From the human T2T-CHM13v2.0 reference genome, Homo sapiens, in assembly GCF_009914755.1 (NCBI RefSeq), contig NC_060925.1: a stretch of 64,000 nt of DNA; one strand, written 5' to 3'. Positions 50,579-64,000 of this stretch are shown here, piece after piece; position 1 is the stretch's first letter; every line of letters starts with the position of its first letter. The translations under genes and the position numbers were made by a program. The notes under the pieces were generated by a model. That model was not told where the DNA came from. It made no database searches and worked only from the letters and a program-made list of their open reading frames with translations.

Positions 50579-52375
50579 GCTGAAGGAGGCGCCTGGCTGC
50601 CCCAAGAGCCCAGCCCGGCCCGGCCGTGCCCGCCGGATTGCAGCCGACACCGCCAGCCCGGGGCCGCGGGGCTCGGATCGGGGACCCCCGAGCCGCTGGC
50701 CCGCGGCCTTCCCCCGGCTCCCGCGCTCCCGAGCTTCCACCACATCGGGCCCGCTCGGAGCAGGGAGTGCTCCGAGGCGTCAGGGCCCAGGGCCCACGAT
50801 CCTGGGACGCCCTCCGGTCCTCCGCCCTGTCGCGGAGGCAGCGTTTTGGATCCCTCGCCGCACAGGGGCTCCTGCGAGGCCCCCTCTTGCCCCACCCACC
50901 CAGAGCCGTCAGGGCTGGCCGAAGGCGAACAGCCGGCCCAGCCGCGCGGGGCCTTTCTCTCACAACGCCCCCACCACGGTCGCTTGTCCCGACCAAGACC
51001 CGGCCGGGGGGGCAAGAGGGCGTGGGGTGTAGCGGGTCGGGGGGTGGCCCTGTTTTGCCCCGGGCTGGCACTAGAGGCGGCGGCCTGATCTCGGGTGAGA
51101 GGGCCTGAGAGAAACCCAGACACACCCCACCGCCACCAGGAGCAAATCCACTCCCCCACACACAGACACACCCGGGCGCGCTCGCACGCGCGCGCGCGGA
51201 CACACACACACACACACACACAGACACACACGCACACACGCACGCGCACACGCACGCACACACACACGCGGCTTGAAGGAGAGCAAGGACGAGATGGATC
51301 GAGAGATAGAGACCGAGGGAGGGAGAGAGACAGCGATCGAGAGAGACAGGGGAGGGCGAGAGGGAAGGAGACAGACAGAGAGGCTGAGAAAGAGAGAGGC
51401 ACAGAGAAAGAGAGAGAGAGAGACAGAGAGACAGAGGGAAAACGACAGAAGTAGCGCGAGGTCCAGGGGGAAACCCAGAAGAGAGAGGCGGAGGGAGCTA
51501 GAGAGCGAGAGCGATAGAGCCTTAGAGAGGAAGCGCCCGGCTCCGTTAGGCAGCGCCCTCTTGAGCAGGCCGGGATAGGGTGGAGGGGGCTTGGGCTGCG
51601 CCCAGAACACGGGGGCCAGGCGGTCCGTGCGAGAGGACCAACGGAGCGCTGAGGCGGGCGTTTTCTTGGATGAATTGCTTGCTTTGGAGGTGGGTTTCGT
51701 AGGCTCCTGCCTTTCTTGGCACCTCCCTGTGCTCTGGGTGCCTTGCGGCGGGCCCCGAGATTTGCAGAGCGCGCCCGCCCGTTTGGCGGGAGCCGTGGCA
51801 CCGGGCGGGCCCGGAGGCCTGGGTCTCTGGCGAGTCCTCGGGACTGGAGTCGTCGACACGAAGCGGGGGGCATTGGGAATCCCGGGTGCACAGGGCCTGT
51901 TTTCCCGGTGGCTGGCGAAGCAATGTCCTTCCCCCGGGTAAAGCAGCCCATGCGTTCCGGAGCCGACGTCTTGGCTGGCGTCTGTGGCACCCGCTGCCCC
52001 TGCCCGCCCCTTCCCCCGGTTTGGAAGGGTGCGACGACGGCGCCCGATGGGTGAATTGAATCGCCTGGGCGTTCCGGGAGCGGGAAGGCACCGCGAACGG
52101 CAGGGAACCCAGCGGCTGCGCCTTTGGGGCCCGGGCCCCTGCCCTCCCAGGCTGGAGCCGGGCTCCTGGCGGGGCGGCGGCGAGGCGGAAGCGGTGGGAT
52201 GCTGCTGCCCGGCCGGCGTGCAGTAGGGGCGGACCCCCAGCAGGAGGACCCCGGCTGCGGGCTGCGGCGGGGGTGTAGGTGGGCGGTAAAGGGGGAGCAG
52301 AGTCAGGGGAGGTTGGGAAGCATGGCGATTGTGGGGGGAAGGGAGGCAGCGGGGAAGCCACAAAAGCCTACAGCA

Positions 52376-52816
<441 letters not shown>

Positions 52817-54615
52817 GCTGAAGGAGGCGCCTGGCTGCCCCAAGAGCCCAGCCCGGCCCGGCCGTGCCCGCCGGATTGCAGCCGACACCGCCAGCCCGGG
52901 GCCGCGGGGCTCGGATCGGGGACCCCCGAGCCGCTGGCCCGCGGCCTTCCCCCGGCTCCCGCGCTCCCGAGCTTCCACCACATCGGGCCCGCTCGGAGCA
53001 GGGAGTGCTCCGAGGCGTCAGGGCCCAGGGCCCACGATCCTGGGACGCCCTCCGGTCCTCCGCCCTGTCGCGGAGGCAGCGTTTTGGATCCCTCGCCGCA
53101 CAGGGGCTCCTGCGAGGCCCCCTCTTGCCCCACCCACCCAGAGCCGTCAGGGCTGGCCGAAGGCGAACAGCCGGCCCAGCCTCGCGGGGCCTTTCTCTCA
53201 CAACGCCCCCACCACGGTCGCTTGTCCCGACCAAGACCCGGCCGGGGGGGCAAGAGGGCGTGGGGTGTAGCGGGTCGGGGGGTGGCCCTGTTTTGCCCCG
53301 GGCTGGCACTAGAGGCGGCGGCCTGATCTCGGGTGAGAGGGCCTGAGAGAAACCCAGACACACCCCACCGCCACCAGGAGCAAATCCACTCCCCCACACA
53401 CAGACACACCCGGGCGCGCTCGCACGCGCGCGCGCGGACACACACACACACACCCACACACAGACACACACGCACACACGCACGCGCACACGCACGCACA
53501 CACACACGCGGCTTGAAGGAGAGCAAGGACGAGATGGATCGAGAGATAGAGACCGAGGGAGGGAGAGAGACAGCGATCGAGAGAGACAGGGGAGGGCGAG
53601 AGGGAAGGAGACAGACAGAGAGGCTGAGAAAGAGAGAGGCACAGAGAAAGAGAGAGAGAGAGACAGAGAGACAGAGGGAAAACGACAGAAGTAGCGCGAG
53701 GTCCAGGGGGAAACCCAGAAGAGAGAGGCGGAGGGAGCTAGAGAGCGAGAGCGATAGAGCCTTAGAGAGGAAGCGCCCGGCTCCGTTAGGCAGCGCCCTC
53801 TTGAGCAGGCCGGGATAGGGTGGAGGGGGCTTGGGCTGCGCCCAGAACACGGGGGCCAGGCGGTCCGTGCGAGAGGACCAACGGAGCGCTGAGGCGGGCG
53901 TTTTCTTGGATGAATTGCTTGCTTTGGAGGTGGGTTTCGTAGGCTCCTGCCTTTCTTGGCACCTCCCTGTGCTCTGGGTGCCTTGCGGCGGGCCCCGAGA
54001 TTTGCAGAGCGCGCCCGCCCGTTTGGCGGGAGCCGTGGCACCGGGCGGGCCCGGAGGCCTGGGTCTCTGGCGAGTCCTCGGGACTGGAGTCGTCGACACG
54101 AAGCGGGGGGCATTGGGAATCCCGGGTGCACAGGGCCTGCTTTCCCGGTGGCTGGCGAAGCAATGTCCTTCCCCCGGGTAAAGCAGCCCATGCGTTCCGG
54201 AGCCGACGTCTTGGCTGGCGTCTGTGGCACCCGCTGCCCCTGCCCGCCCCTTCCCCCGGTTTGGAAGGGTGCGACGACGGCGCCCGATGGGTGAATTGAA
54301 TCGCCTGGGCGTTCCGGGAGCGGGAAGGCACCGCGAACGGCAGGGAACCCAGCGGCTGCGCCTTTGGGGCCCGGGCCCCTGCCCTCCCAGGCTGGAGCCG
54401 GGCTCCTGGCGGGGCGGCGGCGAGGCGGAAGCGGTGGGATGCTGCTGCCCAGCCGGCGTGCAGTAGGGGCGGACCCCCAGCAGGAGGACCCCGGCTGCGG
54501 GCTGCGGCGGGGGTGTAGGTGGGCGGTAAAGGGGGAGCAGAGTCAGGGGAGGTTGGGAAGCATGGCGACTGTGGGGGGAAGGGAGGCAGCGGGGAAGCCA
54601 CAAAAGCCTACAGCA

Positions 54616-55056
<441 letters not shown>

Positions 55057-56845
55057 GCTGAAGGAGGCGCCTGGCTGCCCCAAGAGCCCAGCCCGGCCCG
55101 GCCGTGCCCGCCGGATTGCAGCCGACACCGCCAGCCCGGGGCCGCGGGGCTCGGATCGGGGACCCCCGAGCCGCTGGCCCGCGGCCTTCCCCCGGCTCCC
55201 GCGCTCCCGAGCTTCCACCACATCGGGCCCGCTCGGAGCAGGGAGTGCTCCGAGGCGTCAGGGCCCAGGGCCCACGATCCTGGGACGCCCTCCGGTCCTC
55301 CGCCCTGTCGCGGAGGCAGCGTTTTGGATCCCTCGCCGCACAGGGGCTCCTGCGAGGCCCCCTCTTGCCCCACCCACCCAGAGCCGTCAGGGCTGGCCGA
55401 AGGCGAACAGCCGGCCCAGCCTCGCGGGGCCTTTCTCTCACAACGCCCCCACCACGGTCGCTTGTCCCGACCAAGACCCGGCCGGGGGGGCAAGAGGGCG
55501 TGGGGTGTAGCGGGTCGGGGGGTGGCCCTGTTTTGCCCCGGGCTGGCACTAGAGGCGGCGGCCTGATCTCGGGTGAGAGGGCCTGAGAGAAACCCAGACA
55601 CACCCCACCGCCACCAGGAGCAAATCCACTCCCCCACACACAGACACACCCGGGCGCGCTCGCACGCGCGCGCGCGGACACACCCACACACAGACACACA
55701 CGCACACACGCACGCGCACACGCACGCACACACACACGCGGCTTGAAGGAGAGCAAGGACGAGATGGATCGAGAGATAGAGACCGAGGGAGGGAGAGAGA
55801 CAGCGATCGAGAGAGACAGGGGAGGGCGAGAGGGAAGGAGACAGACAGAGAGGCTGAGAAAGAGAGAGGCACAGAGAAAGAGAGAGAGAGAGACAGAGAG
55901 ACAGAGGGAAAACGACAGAAGTAGCGCGAGGTCCAGGGGGAAACCCAGAAGAGAGAGGCGGAGGGAGCTAGAGAGCGAGAGCGATAGAGCCTTAGAGAGG
56001 AAGCGCCCGGCTCCGTTAGGCAGCGCCCTCTTGAGCAGGCCGGGATAGGGTGGAGGGGGCTTGGGCTGCGCCCAGAACACGGGGGCCAGGCGGTCCGTGC
56101 GAGAGGACCAACGGAGCGCTGAGGCGGGCGTTTTCTTGGATGAATTGCTTGCTTTGGAGGTGGGTTTCGTAGGCTCCTGCCTTTCTTGGCACCTCCCTGT
56201 GCTCTGGGTGCCTTGCGGCGGGCCCCGAGATTTGCAGAGCGCGCCCGCCCGTTTGGCGGGAGCCGTGGCACCGGGCGGGCCCGGAGGCCTGGGTCTCTGG
56301 CGAGTCCTCGGGACTGGAGTCGTCGACACGAAGCGGGGGGCATTGGGAATCCCGGGTGCACAGGGCCTGCTTTCCCGGTGGCTGGCGAAGCAATGTCCTT
56401 CCCCCGGGTAAAGCAGCCCATGCGTTCCGGAGCCGACGTCTTGGCTGGCGTCTGTGGCACCCGCTGCCCCTGCCCGCCCCTTCCCCCGGTTTGGAAGGGT
56501 GCGACGACGGCGCCCGATGGGTGAATTGAATCGCCTGGGCGTTCCGGGAGCGGGAAGGCACCGCGAACGGCAGGGAACCCAGCGGCTGCGCCTTTGGGGC
56601 CCGGGCCCCTGCCCTCCCAGGCTGGAGCCGGGCTCCTGGCGGGGCGGCGGCGAGGCGGAAGCGGTGGGATGCTGCTGCCCGGCCGGCGTGCAGTAGGGGC
56701 GGACCCCCAGCAGGAGGACCCCGGCTGCGGGCTGCGGCGGGGGTGTAGGTGGGCGGTAAAGGGGGAGCAGAGTCAGGGGAGGTTGGGAAGCATGGCGATT
56801 GTGGGGGGAAGGGAGGCAGCGGGGAAGCCACAAAAGCCTACAGCA

Positions 56846-57286
<441 letters not shown>

Positions 57287-59085
57287 GCTGAAGGAGGCGC
57301 CTGGCTGCCCCAAGAGCCCAGCCCGGCCCGGCCGTGCCCGCCGGATTGCAGCCGACACCGCCAGCCCGGGGCCGCGGGGCTCGGATCGGGGACCCCCGAG
57401 CCGCTGGCCCGCGGCCTTCCCCCGGCTCCCGCGCTCCCGAGCTTCCACCACATCGGGCCCGCTCGGAGCAGGGAGTGCTCCGAGGCGTCAGGGCCCAGGG
57501 CCCACGATCCTGGGACGCCCTCCGGTCCTCCGCCCTGTCGCGGAGGCAGCGTTTTGGATCCCTCGCCGCACAGGGGCTCCTGCGAGGCCCCCTCTTGCCC
57601 CACCCACCCAGAGCCGTCAGGGCTGGCCGAAGGCGAACAGCCGGCCCAGCCTCGCGGGGCCTTTCTCTCACAACGCCCCCACCACGGTCGCTTGTCCCGA
57701 CCAAGACCCGGCCGGGGGGGCAAGAGGGCGTGGGGTGTAGCGGGTCGGGGGGTGGCCCTGTTTTGCCCCGGGCTGGCACTAGAGGCGGCGGCCTGATCTC
57801 GGGTGAGAGGGCCTGAGAGAAACCCAGACACACCCCACCGCCACCAGGAGCAAATCCACTCCCCCACACACAGACACACCCGGGCGCGCTCGCACGCGCG
57901 CGCGCGGACACACACACACACACCCACACACAGACACACACGCACACACGCACGCGCACACGCACGCACACACACACGCGGCTTGAAGGAGAGCAAGGAC
58001 GAGATGGATCGAGAGATAGAGACCGAGGGAGGGAGAGAGACAGCGATCGAGAGAGACAGGGGAGGGCGAGAGGGAAGGAGACAGACAGAGAGGCTGAGAA
58101 AGAGAGAGGCACAGAGAAAGAGAGAGAGAGAGACAGAGAGACAGAGGGAAAACGACAGAAGTAGCGCGAGGTCCAGGGGGAAACCCAGAAGAGAGAGGCG
58201 GAGGGAGCTAGAGAGCGAGAGCGATAGAGCCTTAGAGAGGAAGCGCCCGGCTCCGTTAGGCAGCGCCCTCTTGAGCAGGCCGGGATAGGGTGGAGGGGGC
58301 TTGGGCTGCGCCCAGAACACGGGGGCCAGGCGGTCCGTGCGAGAGGACCAACGGAGCGCTGAGGCGGGCGTTTTCTTGGATGAATTGCTTGCTTTGGAGG
58401 TGGGTTTCGTAGGCTCCTGCCTTTCTTGGCACCTCCCTGTGCTCTGGGTGCCTTGCGGCGGGCCCCGAGATTTGCAGAGCGCGCCCGCCCGTTTGGCGGG
58501 AGCCGTGGCACCGGGCGGGCCCGGAGGCCTGGGTCTCTGGCGAGTCCTCGGGACTGGAGTCGTCGACACGAAGCGGGGGGCATTGGGAATCCCGGGTGCA
58601 CAGGGCCTGCTTTCCCGGTGGCTGGCGAAGCAATGTCCTTCCCCCGGGTAAAGCAGCCCATGCGTTCCGGAGCCGACGTCTTGGCTGGCGTCTGTGGCAC
58701 CCGCTGCCCCTGCCCGCCCCTTCCCCCGGTTTGGAAGGGTGCGACGACGGCGCCCGATGGGTGAATTGAATCGCCTGGGCGTTCCGGGAGCGGGAAGGCA
58801 CCGCGAACGGCAGGGAACCCAGCGGCTGCGCCTTTGGGGCCCGGGCCCCTGCCCTCCCAGGCTGGAGCCGGGCTCCTGGCGGGGCGGCGGCGAGGCGGAA
58901 GCGGTGGGATGCTGCTGCCCGGCCGGCGTGCAGTAGGGGCGGACCCCCAGCAGGAGGACCCCGGCTGCGGGCTGCGGCGGGGGTGTAGGTGGGCGGTAAA
59001 GGGGGAGCAGAGTCAGGGGAGGTTGGGAAGCATGGCGATTGTGGGGGGAAGGGAGGCAGCGGGGAAGCCACAAAAGCCTACAGCA

Positions 59086-59526
<441 letters not shown>

Positions 59527-61325
59527 GCTGAAGGAGGCGCCTGGCTGCCCCAAGAGCCCAGCCCGGCCCGGCCGTGCCCGCCGGATTGCAGCCGACACCG
59601 CCAGCCCGGGGCCGCGGGGCTCGGATCGGGGACCCCCGAGCCGCTGGCCCGCGGCCTTCCCCCGGCTCCCGCGCTCCCGAGCTTCCACCACATCGGGCCC
59701 GCTCGGAGCAGGGAGTGCTCCGAGGCGTCAGGGCCCAGGGCCCACGATCCTGGGACGCCCTCCGGTCCTCCGCCCTGTCGCGGAGGCAGCGTTTTGGATC
59801 CCTCGCCGCACAGGGGCTCCTGCGAGGCCCCCTCTTGCCCCACCCACCCAGAGCCGTCAGGGCTGGCCGAAGGCGAACAGCCGGCCCAGCCGCGCGGGGC
59901 CTTTCTCTCACAACGCCCCCACCACGGTCGCTTGTCCCGACCAAGACCCGGCCGGGGGGGCAAGAGGGCGTGGGGTGTAGCGGGTCGGGGGGTGGCCCTG
60001 TTTTGCCCCGGGCTGGCACTAGAGGCGGCGGCCTGATCTCGGGTGAGAGGGCCTGAGAGAAACCCAGACACACCCCACCGCCACCAGGAGCAAATCCACT
60101 CCCCCACACACAGACACACCCGGGTGCGCTCGCACGCGCGCGCGCGGACACACACACACACACACACACACAGACACACACGCACACACGCACGCGCACA
60201 CGCACGCACACACACACGCGGCTTGAAGGAGAGCAAGGACGAGATGGATCGAGAGATAGAGACCGAGGGAGGGAGAGAGACAGCGATCGAGAGAGACAGG
60301 GGAGGGCGAGAGGGAAGGAGACAGACAGAGAGGCTGAGAAAGAGAGAGGCACAGAGAAAGAGAGAGAGAGAGACAGAGAGACAGAGGGAAAACGACAGAA
60401 GTAGCGCGAGGTCCAGGGGGAAACCCAGAAGAGAGAGGCGGAGGGAGCTAGAGAGCGAGAGCGATAGAGCCTTAGAGAGGAAGCGCCCGGCTCCGTTAGG
60501 CAGCGCCCTCTTGAGCAGGCCGGGATAGGGTGGAGGGGGCTTGGGCTGCGCCCAGAACACGGGGGCCAGGCGGTCCGTGCGAGAGGACCAACGGAGCGCT
60601 GAGGCGGGCGTTTTCTTGGATGAATTGCTTGCTTTGGAGGTGGGTTTCGTAGGCTCCTGCCTTTCTTGGCACCTCCCTGTGCTCTGGGTGCCTTGCGGCG
60701 GGCCCCGAGATTTGCAGAGCGCGCCCGCCCGTTTGGCGGGAGCCGTGGCACCGGGCGGGCCCGGAGGCCTGGGTCTCTGGCGAGTCCTCGGGACTGGAGT
60801 CGTCGACACGAAGCGGGGGGCATTGGGAATCCCGGGTGCACAGGGCCTGTTTTCCCGGTGGCTGGCGAAGCAATGTCCTTCCCCCGGGTAAAGCAGCCCA
60901 TGCGTTCCGGAGCCGACGTCTTGGCTGGCGTCTGTGGCACCCGCTGCCCCTGCCCGCCCCTTCCCCCGGTTTGGAAGGGTGCGACGACGGCGCCCGATGG
61001 GTGAATTGAATCGCCTGGGCGTTCCGGGAGCGGGAAGGCACCGCGAACGGCAGGGAACCCAGCGGCTGCGCCTTTGGGGCCCGGGCCCCTGCCCTCCCAG
61101 GCTGGAGCCGGGCTCCTGGCGGGGCGGCGGCGAGGCGGAAGCGGTGGGATGCTGCTGCCCGGCCGGCGTGCAGTAGGGGCGGACCCCCAGCAGGAGGACC
61201 CCGGCTGCGGGCTGCGGCGGGGGTGTAGGTGGGCGGTAAAGGGGGAGCAGAGTCAGGGGAGGTTGGGAAGCATGGCGATTGTGGGGGGAAGGGAGGCAGC
61301 GGGGAAGCCACAAAAGCCTACAGCA

Positions 61326-61766
<441 letters not shown>

Positions 61767-63565
61767 GCTGAAGGAGGCGCCTGGCTGCCCCAAGAGCCCA
61801 GCCCGGCCCGGCCGTGCCCGCCGGATTGCAGCCGACACCGCCAGCCCGGGGCCGCGGGGCTCGGATCGGGGCCCCCCGAGCCGCTGGCCCGCGGCCTTCC
61901 CCCGGCTCCCGCGCTCCCGAGCTTCCACCACATCGGGCCCGCTCGGAGCAGGGAGTGCTCCGAGGCGTCAGGGCCCAGGGCCCACGATCCTGGGACGCCC
62001 TCCGGTCCTCCGCCCTGTCGCGGAGGCAGCGTTTTGGATCCCTCGCCGCACAGGGGCTCCTGCGAGGCCCCCTCTTGCCCCACCCACCCAGAGCCGTCAG
62101 GGCTGGCCGAAGGCGAACAGCCGGCCCAGCCTCGCGGGGCCTTTCTCTCACAACGCCCCCACCACGGTCGCTTGTCCCGACCAAGACCCGGCCGGGGGGG
62201 CAAGAGGGCGTGGGGTGTAGCGGGTCGGGGGGTGGCCCTGTTTTGCCCCGGGCTGGCACTAGAGGCGGCGGCCTGATCTCGGGTGAGAGGGCCTGAGAGA
62301 AACCCAGACACACCCCACCGCCACCAGGAGCAAATCCACTCCCCCACACACAGACACACCCGGGCGCGCTCGCACGCGCGCGCGCGGACACACACACACA
62401 CACCCACACACAGACACACACGCACACACGCACGCGCACACGCACGCACACACACACGCGGCTTGAAGGAGAGCAAGGACGAGATGGATCGAGAGATAGA
62501 GACCGAGGGAGGGAGAGAGACAGCGATCGAGAGAGACAGGGGAGGGCGAGAGGGAAGGAGACAGACAGAGAGGCTGAGAAAGAGAGAGGCACAGAGAAAG
62601 AGAGAGAGAGAGACAGAGAGACAGAGGGAAAACGACAGAAGTAGCGCGAGGTCCAGGGGGAAACCCAGAAGAGAGAGGCGGAGGGAGCTAGAGAGCGAGA
62701 GCGATAGAGCCTTAGAGAGGAAGCGCCCGGCTCCGTTAGGCAGCGCCCTCTTGAGCAGGCCGGGATAGGGTGGAGGGGGCTTGGGCTGCGCCCAGAACAC
62801 GGGGGCCAGGCGGTCCGTGCGAGAGGACCAACGGAGCGCTGAGGCGGGCGTTTTCTTGGATGAATTGCTTGCTTTGGAGGTGGGTTTCGTAGGCTCCTGC
62901 CTTTCTTGGCACCTCCCTGTGCTCTGGGTGCCTTGCGGCGGGCCCCGAGATTTGCAGAGCGCGCCCGCCCGTTTGGCGGGAGCCGTGGCACCGGGCGGGC
63001 CCGGAGGCCTGGGTCTCTGGCGAGTCCTCGGGACTGGAGTCGTCGACACGAAGCGGGGGGCATTGGGAATCCCGGGTGCACAGGGCCTGCTTTCCCGGTG
63101 GCTGGCGAAGCAATGTCCTTCCCCCGGGTAAAGCAGCCCATGCGTTCCGGAGCCGACGTCTTGGCTGGCGTCTGTGGCACCCGCTGCCCCTGCCCGCCCC
63201 TTCCCCCGGTTTGGAAGGGTGCGACGACGGCGCCCGATGGGTGAATTGAATCGCCTGGGCGTTCCGGGAGCGGGAAGGCACCGCGAACGGCAGGGAACCC
63301 AGCGGCTGCGCCTTTGGGGCCCGGGCCCCTGCCCTCCCAGGCTGGAGCCGGGCTCCTGGCGGGGCGGCGGCGAGGCGGAAGCGGTGGGATGCTGCTGCCC
63401 GGCCGGCGTGCAGTAGGGGCGGACCCCCAGCAGGAGGACCCCGGCTGCGGGCTGCGGCGGGGGTGTAGGTGGGCGGTAAAGGGGGAGCAGAGTCAGGGGA
63501 GGTTGGGAAGCATGGCGATTGTGGGGGGAAGGGAGGCAGCGGGGAAGCCACAAAAGCCTACAGCA

Positions 63566-64000
<435 letters not shown>

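Overview
The whole 64-kb window is the interior of a primate 5S rDNA tandem array, almost certainly the human RNA5S cluster at 1q42. It holds about 28.6 head-to-tail units of 2,229-2,244 bp. Each unit has a 121-nt 5S rRNA gene on the minus strand (28 complete copies plus one cut by the window end), its type-1 Pol III internal promoter, an upstream D-box, an oligo-T terminator, a + strand AluY-like SINE joined tail-to-tail to the 5S 3' end, a compound (CA)/(CG) microsatellite, a GA-rich tract and a CpG-island-like spacer. No ORF is credible, and I found no new protein-coding system. The notable signals are structural and evolutionary. (1) The Alu's 14-bp target-site duplication is the 3' end and terminator of the 5S gene itself. 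(2) The Alu tail supplies a backup terminator, and one copy has a broken primary terminator. (3) The Alu B-box is degenerate. (4) Fixed Alu changes are strongly AT->GC while rare unit-specific variants are mostly CpG decay, suggesting GC-biased gene conversion. (5) Five 5S copies carry internal variants predicted to preserve base-pairing. (6) Spacer haplotypes reveal local expansions, a possible 3-unit duplication and short conversion tracts. Variant calls were made by eye and with the ORF track, and consensus sequences are from memory, so an alignment is needed to confirm them.
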